Source: Acidobacteriota bacterium (lineage in GTDB: Bacteria > Acidobacteriota > Terriglobia > Acidiferrales > UBA7541). From it: 64,000 nt of DNA. The stretch is from the NCBI GenBank assembly GCA_003165465.1, contig PLUM01000099.1, forward strand, positions 25,022 to 89,021, written 5' to 3'. The notes under the pieces are model-generated. The model was not told the DNA's origin, did not search any database, and saw only the letters and a program-made list of their open reading frames with translations. Positions 16,439 through 29,537 of the stretch are shown here, piece after piece (positions within the stretch are counted from its first letter, which is position 1; each line of letters starts with the position of its first letter). Both the position numbers and the translations under genes were made by a program.

Positions 16439-17060
16439 CAAAAACTGTCGTCCACAAAGGGTCGGACCTAGTTGCACCTCTGGCAGTCGGAGTGAAGACT
16501 CTAAACTTCACGGCCGGCTGGTCGTGGTGATGACGAGCAATCCACCATTCTCATGGACTGCTGGTAACAAATCGTATGCGCATTGCTATCGCCACGGTCT
16601 ACTCCACTCGCGAACGCCGGATACCGCCCGGTAAAATGCTTATCGAAAACTGACAGGATTCCAGATCACTGTGGGGAACAGGGCTTCGCCCAGCAGATGC
16701 GGGTCGCCTTGTCATCTTGGGGGATTGTTCAAACGGCGCACTCGGAAAACGATCATTAAGTTTCCGGCTCTTGCATCGGTCGAGGACTAGACGTAAGATT
16801 TCTGTTTAAGGCTCGGCGAACCTTCGAGCCAATCGGGTTGGCGAAGTGGTTTTGCGTTTCATGCAGGGGATTCAATGATGCGGTCAACACGCCGATTATG
16901 AATACATTGACCATATACTTCCTGGACGAATTCTGGTGTAGTGGATGTAGACCGTGCGGCGACGATCAGCAGGTTGGGCTGGGGTTGCAGCCGGACAGTG
17001 CCGGAATAGAGTGCATGTCATAAGCCCTTGTTTTTACATGTTTTACGGAGAAGAGGCATC

Positions 17061-21761
<4,701 letters not shown>

Positions 21762-21800
21762 CCGGGGATTGTATTCATCGGCTGTAAACAGCCGATCGAA

Positions 21801-21912
21801 GCAGACAGGCTTCGGAGCCTGTGCGGCAAAGCGATTCCCAAGAAGCCAGCGGCTAAAGCCGCATTAATTTCGCACACGATACGGCACGGCTGAAGCCGTG
21901 CCCTACAAAGAT
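21801..21912. repeat. composite palindromic element, family B
   Basis: ACAGGCTTCGGAGCCTGTGCGGCAA ... CGGCTAAAGCCG ... GGCACGGCTGAAGCCGTGCCCTACAAAGAT. Confidence 0.8.
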
Positions 21913-21995
21913 CATGCTGACTCTCAATTTTATTTAGTGCATCCGCAACACAGCCGCGCATTGATGTTTGGCGCGGCGATCTCGATACTCCTGCC

Positions 21996-22352
21996 ATGTA
22001 CAGCGAAGCGGTCCTCGACCATTTTCAGAATCCGCGAAATGCGGGCACGCTCGACGCGGCCACGGCCACGATTTCGGTGGAGAATCCGGTGTGCGGCGAC
22101 ATCCTGGAGCTTTCCGTGCGGGTGGACGCGGGGCGCATCGGCGAGGCGCGATTTCGGACGCGCGGTTGCGTTACGGCGATGGCGTGTTCGTCTCTGCTGA
22201 CGGAATTGCTGCGCGGGAAAACCGTGGCCGAAGCGCGAGGCATCACTTCGGAGCAAATATCGGAAGCCTTGGGCGGCCTTCCGCCCTCGACCGTGCATGG
22301 CGCGCAGCTTGCGCGCGACGCCGTGCAATCGCTGGTCGCCAAACTCTCCTGA
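21996..22352 (+). CDS. IscU/NifU N-terminal-domain Fe-S scaffold-like protein (atypical cysteine pattern)
   Basis: Collinear with E. coli IscU (DHFQNPRN, PVCGD, RFRTRGC). The third canonical Cys is replaced by Gly. Confidence 0.8.
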   Translation: MYSEAVLDHFQNPRNAGTLDAATATISVENPVCGDILELSVRVDAGRIGEARFRTRGCVTAMACSSLLTELLRGKTVAEARGITSEQISEALGGLPPSTVHGAQLARDAVQSLVAKLS

Positions 22353-22459
22353 AAACAATTTCAACGTAGCCGACGGCTAGCCCGCCTTCTCACAATCGAT
22401 GTGCGAGTAATTTAGTTTTGGCACATCCATTGATGAAGCCATTGGTTCATCGGCTCGCC

Positions 22460-22488
22460 GTAGGGGCACGGCAGTGCCGTGCCCCTAC
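22460..22488. repeat. single perfect palindrome with GTAG/CTAC ends
   Basis: GTAGGGGCACGGCAGTGCCGTGCCCCTAC. The stem is related to the family B GGCACGG hairpin. Confidence 0.75.
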
Positions 22489-22540
22489 AATCGTGAAGCC
22501 AGCATTATGTGAAGAAGTTATTCATCGAATCTTTGTTTCG

Positions 22541-23827
22541 TTATTTTGCAGTGATTGCCGCCTTGTCGCCGTTCTTCACGGTGACGAGCGCGACGACGTT
22601 CTCGCCGCTTTCGGTGAGCACGAGCTTGCCGTCCGCGAAATGCATCATGTTCCGCACCACGCCGCCCCCGGCGGGAATCATCCAGGTTTGGAATTTTTCT
22701 GTCTTGGGGTCGAAGCGCACGAGCGTGTTTGGCTTTACTCCGGCTTCGCTGTACCAGACGATGCCGTTCACGATGGTGATTCCGTAGGGGCGGGATTGCG
22801 GGCCACTCGGCGAGGGCCACTCCTTGACCATTTTGCCGGTCTTGATGTCAAACTGGCCGAGGAATCCCCGCCCATAATCGGAGTAGTAAATGACGTCATC
22901 CGGGGTGATGGCGATGCGCCGAGGTCGCGCGGCTTCATTCGGCAGAACGTATTCATGGATTTCCATCGTTTCCGGATCGATGCTGGCGATTTTGTTTGCG
23001 CCAAACTCGACGAAGTAGGGAATTCCTTTCGTGGTGACGACCATGCCGTAGGGATTCGACTTCGGCGTCGGCGAAACCACCAGCTTCGATTCGCCGGTTT
23101 CGGGGTTCAGCCGTCCCACCATGTTCGCTCCTTGCACGGTGAACCACAACATTCCCTTTTGGTCGAAGATCGGCGTGTGCGGATCGCGCGCCTTGTGATC
23201 GAGCGGGTATTCCGTGATCTTGCCCGTCGCGGGCTCGAACTTGCCGATGTACGCGCTAAAGTTTGCCGTGAACCAGATGTTGCCCTGCTTGTCCATCACC
23301 AGTCCGTGCGGGCCGGACATCGGTTTATTGAGGTGATATTCCTTGATGGCGCCCGTCTTCGGATCAATGTGGCCGAGCAGGTTGGCCATGTGTCCCGAGT
23401 ACCAGATCGTGCCGTCGGGCGCGGCCAGCGGATCGTGAGGCCGCGTGCCCGGCGTGGGTAATTTCCATTCTTGGAAGGACACTTCGACGTTGCCGGGGAT
23501 CGCCACGGGCGCGGGACCCGGCTTTTCCGGGAAATTCTTGGTCAGGTAGTTCGTGACCATCTGAACTTTTTTCGGAGGCACGTCGGCGCCGACATTCACC
23601 ATCATGGCCATCGTGGTTTTCCACTCTTCCGGCGTGTGCCCTTGCGAGGTTGTGATGTTGGCGAGGCTATGGCACGTGGAGCACGAGGTCTGAACGATTT
23701 CCTTGGCGTCGCCGTCGGGCAACTGGGCGGCCTGCGTTTGTTCCTGGCCACGCGCGAAGGGAATCAGAAGCATCGAGCCAGCGATCATCCATGTCCCAAT
23801 CCATATCCAAAGCGATTTGATGGACAT
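22541..23827 (-). CDS. exported c-type cytochrome domain fused to Vgb-like (virginiamycin B lyase-type) beta-propeller
   Basis: Signal peptide and CSTCH heme-binding motif, then repeated about 40-aa blades (GP.G...D..GN.WFT......IG...P.TG.I.EY). GGAGGAATT SD. Confidence 0.8.
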   Translation of the reverse strand: MSIKSLWIWIGTWMIAGSMLLIPFARGQEQTQAAQLPDGDAKEIVQTSCSTCHSLANITTSQGHTPEEWKTTMAMMVNVGADVPPKKVQMVTNYLTKNFPEKPGPAPVAIPGNVEVSFQEWKLPTPGTRPHDPLAAPDGTIWYSGHMANLLGHIDPKTGAIKEYHLNKPMSGPHGLVMDKQGNIWFTANFSAYIGKFEPATGKITEYPLDHKARDPHTPIFDQKGMLWFTVQGANMVGRLNPETGESKLVVSPTPKSNPYGMVVTTKGIPYFVEFGANKIASIDPETMEIHEYVLPNEAARPRRIAITPDDVIYYSDYGRGFLGQFDIKTGKMVKEWPSPSGPQSRPYGITIVNGIVWYSEAGVKPNTLVRFDPKTEKFQTWMIPAGGGVVRNMMHFADGKLVLTESGENVVALVTVKNGDKAAITAK

Positions 23828-24026
23828 AATTCCTCCAGAAGAGTGCAGTCACAAGTTTCGTACATATCTTAGAAGAATAAATCGTTCTCCGCGTTACAAA
23901 AATATCTTTGGGAGGGTTGAAGATGTCTCCGTGGTTCCATCACAACTCCATCGCGTTTCCTCGAAGTGGTGGTATCCTGCCACGCGACACTCGGCGTTGG
24001 GGAATGTGGCGGAGAGTTCAATTCAA

Positions 24027-24098
24027 GTAGCGCGGGCTTCAGCCTGCGGGGTTTAGTGTTTGCAAGGTCTAAACCCCGCAGGCTGAAGCCCGCGATAC
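24027..24098. repeat. REPIN-like doublet, family A (symmetric subtype)
   Basis: GTAGCGCGGGCTTCAGCCTGCGGGGTTTAG ... CTAAACCCCGCAGGCTGAAGCCCGCGATAC. Confidence 0.85.
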
Positions 24099-24130
24099 CA
24101 AATTAAAATATTTCATCCAGGAGGGTTACT

Positions 24131-24643
24131 GTGAGAATGATTCGTATGCTGTGTTTCGTGGCGTTGATGTGCGTGTCGGCTTTGGCGTTTGGGCAGGAGC
24201 CGGCCAAGCAGGGGCCGAAGATGGGCAGCAAGGAGTGGACGGAGCTGGAGAAGACGCTGTGGGATGTGGATCAGCAGTGGCTGTGCAGCGCGGGCGTCAC
24301 CCCGTATCACAAGGATTACAAGGAGTGCGTCGAATTCCGCAACCAATTCTGGACCGATCAATTTTTTGAGATTTCCATCGAAGGAAAGGTTCAGACCAAG
24401 GCTGAGATGGTTGCGAGGCAGCGGGCGGCTCATCCGTCCAAGGGCGTTGGCCCGCATCCGGACGAATTCAAGCTGATGGCGGTGTACGGCAATTTTGCGC
24501 TTGCGACCGATCACACGTTTCTGCAAAGCGAAAACAAGGACGGCAAAGTTGCCGGAGCCAATTTGCGAGTGCTGCGGATGTTTGCGAAGAAAGACGGGAA
24601 GTGGCGGCCGGCGGGAGCGGCGCTGGTGCCAATCGTTCCGTAG
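24131..24643 (+). CDS. exported NTF2-like (DUF4440/SnoaL-like) protein
   Basis: Signal peptide (ALAFGQEP). Size and pattern fit an NTF2-like fold. AGGAGGG SD. The start could be GTG 24131 or ATG 24137. Confidence 0.65.
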   Translation: MRMIRMLCFVALMCVSALAFGQEPAKQGPKMGSKEWTELEKTLWDVDQQWLCSAGVTPYHKDYKECVEFRNQFWTDQFFEISIEGKVQTKAEMVARQRAAHPSKGVGPHPDEFKLMAVYGNFALATDHTFLQSENKDGKVAGANLRVLRMFAKKDGKWRPAGAALVPIVP

Positions 24644-24710
24644 GTGCGGGGCTTTGGCCTGTTTGGCGTTTTAAGGAAATCAAAACCAAACAGACTGAAG
24701 CCTGTTCCAC
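24640..24710. repeat. degenerate family A doublet
   Basis: GTAGGTGCGGGGCTTTGGCCTGTTTGG ... CAAACAGACTGAAGCCTGTTCCAC. Fills the gap between convergent genes. Confidence 0.6.
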
Positions 24711-25811
24711 TTACTGCACGGCGAAAACGAGGACCTCCGCGCAGGTGGCTCCGTGCGGCGGCACGGCGACAAAATATTCTTTCAATGCGGGGACGAGCAG
24801 GCCGGTCTTGCCAAGCGGGCCGGTGGGAATTTTGCCGATGGCCTGGTAATGGTCCGCGTCGGTCTCCTTGAACACGTTGACGAATCCTTCGCCGGTGGCG
24901 ATGTAGACTCGTTGGCTCGCGGGATCGAACACCATGTCGTCAACGCCGGTGGAGATGGGCAGATTCTGCAGGACTTTTCCGGTATCGGAATCCAGCACAT
25001 TCAGATTGCCGTCACGGCACGCGGCGAAGAGGCGATGATTTTTTTCGTCGATGGCGACGGACGCGTTGATGTGGCAGGTCAGCGGCCATGTGGCGACGAC
25101 GGCCTGCTTCGTGCGGTCAATCACGCCGATGGAATTCTTTTCCGTCATGTTCAGAAAAAGCCGCGGTCCCGATTGTTCGACGGCCATGGCTTCCAGGCGG
25201 TTGGAATCGATCTTGATTTTGCCAACCTGCGCGCCGGTATCCGTGTTCACGATTTCGAGGAACGTGTAATTGAGTTTCGCGTCCAGCCCGCCGTCCGCGA
25301 TGTACAGATTGTGAGTGATGGGGTCGTAGCCGGTCGCGTCGGAGTCGGCGAGGAGTTTCACGGTCTTCAGCAACTCGTAGGTGGTGCCGTTAAAAATCTT
25401 CAAATCGCCGTCGGAGCCGTCGGTCACAAAAATCCGGTCAATGTCCGCGCGGTACATCACCGAATGCCCGACGCCGATTCCCTTGATGCTGTGAATGAAT
25501 TTGCCGGTGCGAATATCGTAGACTTCGATCGTCTTATTATCTTCCGGGACGACGAAGAGGCGATTATTTTTCAGGTCGGGCGTCAGGTGATCGAAATGAT
25601 TCTGAACGCCCACCATGCGCGTGGTCGTCAGGTTCTTGGCCAGTTGATCCTTCGATACTTCAGGTTCGCCACTGGTAATATCCTTGAGTTCGATGGTTTG
25701 AACGAGTTTTAGCGGGGGCGCGTCCGCCGCAAACACAAAAGCCCTCGGCGCGGTCCACACAACGATTGTGAGGGCGGCAAACCAGAAGAAATTTAGGCGA
25801 TACGAGCGCAT
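24711..25811 (-). CDS. exported YncE/YVTN-type beta-propeller repeat protein
   Basis: Signal peptide and repeated YVTN-like blades (LFVVPEDNKTIEVYD, LYIADGG, LFAACRDGNLNVLD). GGGAGG SD. Confidence 0.8.
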   Translation of the reverse strand: MRSYRLNFFWFAALTIVVWTAPRAFVFAADAPPLKLVQTIELKDITSGEPEVSKDQLAKNLTTTRMVGVQNHFDHLTPDLKNNRLFVVPEDNKTIEVYDIRTGKFIHSIKGIGVGHSVMYRADIDRIFVTDGSDGDLKIFNGTTYELLKTVKLLADSDATGYDPITHNLYIADGGLDAKLNYTFLEIVNTDTGAQVGKIKIDSNRLEAMAVEQSGPRLFLNMTEKNSIGVIDRTKQAVVATWPLTCHINASVAIDEKNHRLFAACRDGNLNVLDSDTGKVLQNLPISTGVDDMVFDPASQRVYIATGEGFVNVFKETDADHYQAIGKIPTGPLGKTGLLVPALKEYFVAVPPHGATCAEVLVFAVQ

Positions 25812-25919
25812 CCTTAGCCTCCCGAATAGTAGAAGTCGTTAAATTGGAATTGCGGCAATTTCGAAATGATAGCACGCGACTGGCGCTGTGGTTCCAGTTT
25901 ACTGGTCCAAAAACAAAAT

Positions 25920-26029
25920 ATTTAACACAGAGGGCACAGAGGGCACAGAGAAATGCCGGAGGAGAAAGGAGTTTTATGTTTTCTCTGTTTCTTGTTTTCT
26001 CGGTTTTCTCTGTGTCCTCTGTGTTAAAT
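25920..26029. repeat. inverted-repeat element, family F, with 9-bp sub-repeats
   Basis: ATTTAACACAGAGGGCACAGAGGGCACAGAGAA ... TTCTCTGTGTCCTCTGTGTTAAAT. Confidence 0.8.
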
Positions 26030-26046
26030 GCTTTTCGTTCAGCGAA

Positions 26047-26943
26047 TCATGATGCATGTCCCGCCACGGATTTTCCTCGGATCATCGCGGCCAGTTCGCG
26101 CGTGACGGGCACGTCGATCCCGTGTTTCTCGGCGAGGCGCAGAATCGGGCCGGCGATGCCGTCGAGTTCCGGCGGGTTTCCGGCGGCGACGTCTTTCTGC
26201 ATCGAGCTGCGCCCTCCCTGCGGCGTTTTGTCGAAGTACTGGAGGACGACCGCTGCGTCGATCGGTGTTCCACTGGCCGTGCCCACGGCGGCGACTTCGC
26301 GAATCGCCGCCTCCAGCCGTTTTCGCCAGATGGGATCGCGATTCACTTCGCCAATCGTCATGGCCGCGGCCGTGGTCGCGAGCGCGTAGGGCGCAAGGAC
26401 AGACAGTTTGCTCCACAGAAGTTTCATTTCATCGGCGACGAACTGGCAGGCGAAGCCGAACTTCCGGAACTCCTCGGCCGTGGACGCCAGCCTGCTTTCG
26501 CCAATGGCGGAAAACGTGAGACGAACCGCCATTTCCCGGTGAATGATTTTTCCCGGCGCCGCGCGTTCGGACTGCACGGCGATGGTTGCCGGGACAACAC
26601 GGTCGTGTCCAAAGCGCGCGCGCAGCAGCGCCACGTGGTCGATGCCATTCAGCAGGGGAACGACCGCGCCAATTTGTTCAGGAGCCACCGTGACGCTGCG
26701 CAGCGCGGCTTCCAGATGCGTGGCCTTCACCGCGATCCACAACACATCGTACGGCGCCGCGACGCTCGCGGCGCGATCCACCGGAACGCTGAATGATCCC
26801 AGCGGACTTTCCAGCGAAAGCTCCGCCGGATAGTTTTTCAGCGCCTCTGGCCGAAGGATGAGGGTGACGGACTCTCCCGCCTTTGCGAGCGCCACACCAA
26901 TGAGGCCGCCCACACCGCCCGCTCCCAAAATCGCGTGACGCAT
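26047..26943 (-). CDS. ketopantoate (2-dehydropantoate) reductase family protein
   Basis: N-terminal Rossmann ILGAGGVGG and an ApbA/PanE-like C-terminal domain. The start is set at ATG 26943 with GGAGGAG SD. The ORF-track maximum is 26988. Confidence 0.8.
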   Translation of the reverse strand: MRHAILGAGGVGGLIGVALAKAGESVTLILRPEALKNYPAELSLESPLGSFSVPVDRAASVAAPYDVLWIAVKATHLEAALRSVTVAPEQIGAVVPLLNGIDHVALLRARFGHDRVVPATIAVQSERAAPGKIIHREMAVRLTFSAIGESRLASTAEEFRKFGFACQFVADEMKLLWSKLSVLAPYALATTAAAMTIGEVNRDPIWRKRLEAAIREVAAVGTASGTPIDAAVVLQYFDKTPQGGRSSMQKDVAAGNPPELDGIAGPILRLAEKHGIDVPVTRELAAMIRGKSVAGHAS

Positions 26944-27117
26944 GTTCTCCTCCAATTGTTTTTGTTTTTCCCGGTCTCGCCGCAACAATCCAGGGACTGG
27001 CGTTCATTGTACGACGACTTGGCTGCCAGAGGGACTGTCGGTTCCGATCAAATGCCGCACATCGAGGTTTGTCTGAATTTCTAGAAATCTTCTGTATGGA
27101 ACAAAAAGTTCCGTGCA

Positions 27118-27239
27118 GGAGGTCCGACCTTCAGGTCGGACAAACGGGGACTGTTAAGGCGGCCTGTGGGCCCTGAAGCTTCAGGGGCTAAAGCCCGCGT
27201 TGCGCAACCGTATACGTCGGGGCTGAAGCCCCGACCTCC
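27118..27239. repeat. cluster of three different hairpins sharing a CTGAAG/CTTCAG apex
   Basis: GTCCGACCTTCAGGTCGGAC, CCCTGAAGCTTCAGGG, GTCGGGGCTGAAGCCCCGAC. The outer GGAGGTC/GACCTCC pair brackets the cluster. Confidence 0.8.
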
Positions 27240-27428
27240 TAAAGAGCATAAAAAACATAAAGGACATATCGATCCCGATATTCTTCAAAGAAGACAACAT
27301 CCGCGACGGGGGAAACTTGGTTGGTTTTCCAAGTCGGCATGAACCGGAGGAAGTCCATGTAAATTATGTATCACTTGCATCGAGATCGATGATGTTGCGG
27401 AGGGAAGTCCAGGTGCTATGATTTCACC

Positions 27429-29159
27429 ATGGTGATGGAGAAGGGTACACCGAAGATCGCATACTTTTGCATGGAGGTTGCCCTGGACCCGACGATTCCT
27501 TCGTACGGTGGAGGCTTGGGCATTCTGGCGGGAGATATGCTGCGGTCGGCTGCCGACCTGGAATTGCCGATGGTTGCGATTTCGCTGGCGTACCGGAAGG
27601 GTTATTTCCGGCAGCGCTTGAGCCAAAGTGGGAATCAATCCGAGGAGCCCGATCCGTGGCAGCCGGAAACCGTGCTTGCCCCGGTCGAAGGGTCGTTTAC
27701 AGTTTGCATCGAAGGCCGCGAGGTTCGCGTTCGCGCCTGGCGGTACAGCGTTCACGGATTGTCTGGGTTCGTCGTGCCGGTGTATCTGCTGGATACGGAT
27801 GTGGCGGAAAACTCCGATTACGACCGCACGCTGACCGATACGCTCTACGGCGGGGGGCCGCGCTATCGACTCTGCCAGGAGGCGCTGCTCGGGATTGGCG
27901 GCCTTGCGTTGCTGCGGCATCTGAAGGTGTCGCACATCGGCAGTTATCACATGAACGAAGGGCACGCCGCGCTCCTCACGCTGGCGATGCTCGGGGAGCA
28001 GCTCAAGCTGCGCAAATACACCGTGGCCGTGGAAGCGGACATCGAAGCGGTGCGCCGCCATTGCGTGTTTACGACGCACACGCCGGTGGAAGCGGGGCAC
28101 GACCGGTTTCCCTGGGACCTCGTGCGTCAGGTGCTCGGGGAATACAGGACAGGCCTCCTGCAGCAGGCGGGCTTCGCCAACGCACATATGCTGAACATGA
28201 CGGACATGGCCATTCACTTTTCGCGGTATGTGAACGGCGTGGCCATGCGTCACGGCGAAGTCTCGCAGAACATGTTTCCTCAATTTCCGATCCACGCGAT
28301 TACGAATGGAGTCCATGCTGGCACTTGGGCGTCGGAGTCTATTCAGGAGTTGTTCGATCGCGAGATTCCGGAGTGGCGGCGCGACAATGCGTACATGCGC
28401 TATGCGGTGGGGATTCCGACCGAGGATATTCGCAAGGCTCATGCCCTGGCCAAGGCGGCGCTGATCAAGGAAGTGCGGAAGCGGTGTGGCGTACAGCTTG
28501 ACGATTCGGTGTTCACCATCGGATTCGCGCGGCGCGCGGCAACCTACAAGCGCGCGGACTTGCTGTTCAGGGATGTCGAGCGGTTGAAAGCCATCTCGCG
28601 GTCAGCCGGCCCGATTCAGATTCTGTATGCCGGGAAAGCGCATCCGAACGATGCGGACGGAAAAGCGTTGATTCAGCGCGTGATTCAAGCCGCTGCCGGG
28701 CTGAATGACAATATCAAGGTTGTTTATCTTGAGAACTACAATATGTCGCTCGCGAAGCTCATCGTATCGGGCGTCGATCTCTGGCTGAATACGCCGCAGA
28801 GGCCGCAGGAAGCGTCCGGCACAAGTGGCATGAAGGCGGCGCTGAACGGGATTCCCAGCCTGAGCGTTCTCGACGGATGGTGGGTCGAGGGATGCGTGGA
28901 GGGCGTGACCGGTTGGGCCATCGGCCATGACGATAAGATCGACGGCGACGTATCGGCGGCCGAGGCCGCCTCGCTCTACGACAAGCTCGAACACCAGATC
29001 ATTCCCATGTTCTACGGCGCGCCGGAAGACTACGCGCTCGTTATGCGATCGTGTATCTCGCTGAATGCCAGCTTCTTCAACACCCACCGCATGGTGAGCC
29101 AGTACAAAGCCAATGCGTACTCCCCTAAAACACTAATCCGGAAGGCGAAGGAAGTTTAG
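27429..29159 (+). CDS. glgP: alpha-glucan phosphorylase (GT35, short maltodextrin/glycogen phosphorylase type)
   Basis: YFCMEV...GGLGILAGD N-terminus and the PLP-lysine region EASGTSGMKAALNG. Confidence 0.9.
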   Translation: MVMEKGTPKIAYFCMEVALDPTIPSYGGGLGILAGDMLRSAADLELPMVAISLAYRKGYFRQRLSQSGNQSEEPDPWQPETVLAPVEGSFTVCIEGREVRVRAWRYSVHGLSGFVVPVYLLDTDVAENSDYDRTLTDTLYGGGPRYRLCQEALLGIGGLALLRHLKVSHIGSYHMNEGHAALLTLAMLGEQLKLRKYTVAVEADIEAVRRHCVFTTHTPVEAGHDRFPWDLVRQVLGEYRTGLLQQAGFANAHMLNMTDMAIHFSRYVNGVAMRHGEVSQNMFPQFPIHAITNGVHAGTWASESIQELFDREIPEWRRDNAYMRYAVGIPTEDIRKAHALAKAALIKEVRKRCGVQLDDSVFTIGFARRAATYKRADLLFRDVERLKAISRSAGPIQILYAGKAHPNDADGKALIQRVIQAAAGLNDNIKVVYLENYNMSLAKLIVSGVDLWLNTPQRPQEASGTSGMKAALNGIPSLSVLDGWWVEGCVEGVTGWAIGHDDKIDGDVSAAEAASLYDKLEHQIIPMFYGAPEDYALVMRSCISLNASFFNTHRMVSQYKANAYSPKTLIRKAKEV

Positions 29160-29223
29160 CCGGATCGTCGCCACCCCGCCGTTCATCTTAATTCAACTCA
29201 ACTCAGCATCGAATTGCCGCACT

Positions 29224-29335
29224 GGCGAGAAAGCTCGCGCGGCAACTCATTCCCCAAAGAGCCCACGGCTTAACGCATTGATTATGCAGGCTTTACGGAA
29301 CGGCTGAAGCCGTGCCCTACAAAGATTTGCCTCTG
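29224..29335. repeat. composite palindromic element, family B (partly degenerate)
   Basis: GCGAGAAAGCTCGCGCGGCAACTC ... ACGGCTTAACGC ... GGAACGGCTGAAGCCGTGCCCTACAAAGATTTGCC. Confidence 0.7.
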
Positions 29336-29537
29336 CATGGATTTGAAGGTTGCCACACAAGAGCAGAAGCGTGGGCTACTGAAAAAATATCCGCAAAACT
29401 TTTGGGGGATGCCCGATGGTACTGGCGTTCTATGGACGCTGCGTGGCATGAACTGTAACCTAAATATTCAGATGAGGACTTGGGTGAGGTTTCGAACGCC
29501 GGGTGAGAAGCGCCGGAGATCTTGAAGGGAGCCTGCG

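Noticed and set aside
16838-17023. Cys-rich 61-codon ORF upstream of PFOR considered as a real gene call
   Set aside because: It has a TTG start without an SD, many rare codons for this genome (AGA, ATA, AGG, TCA), and lower-GC context. It is kept only as a note within the leader finding.
27171-27186. The CTGAAG apex equals the recognition sequence I recall for Eco57I/AcuI-type restriction enzymes, suggesting a possible restriction-modification link
   Set aside because: This is pure coincidence as far as the sequence shows. No R-M genes lie in the window and there is no way to test it here. It is recorded only as a thought.
27285-28442. 385-aa minus-strand ORF and 344-aa alternate-frame ORF overlapping glgP
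   Set aside because: The glgP frame has clear GT35 phosphorylase motifs. The others are compositional artefacts.
29337-29525. 62-aa ORF between glgP and the PilZ gene
   Set aside because: It starts inside a family B repeat end, has no SD, uses rare codons, and has no motif.
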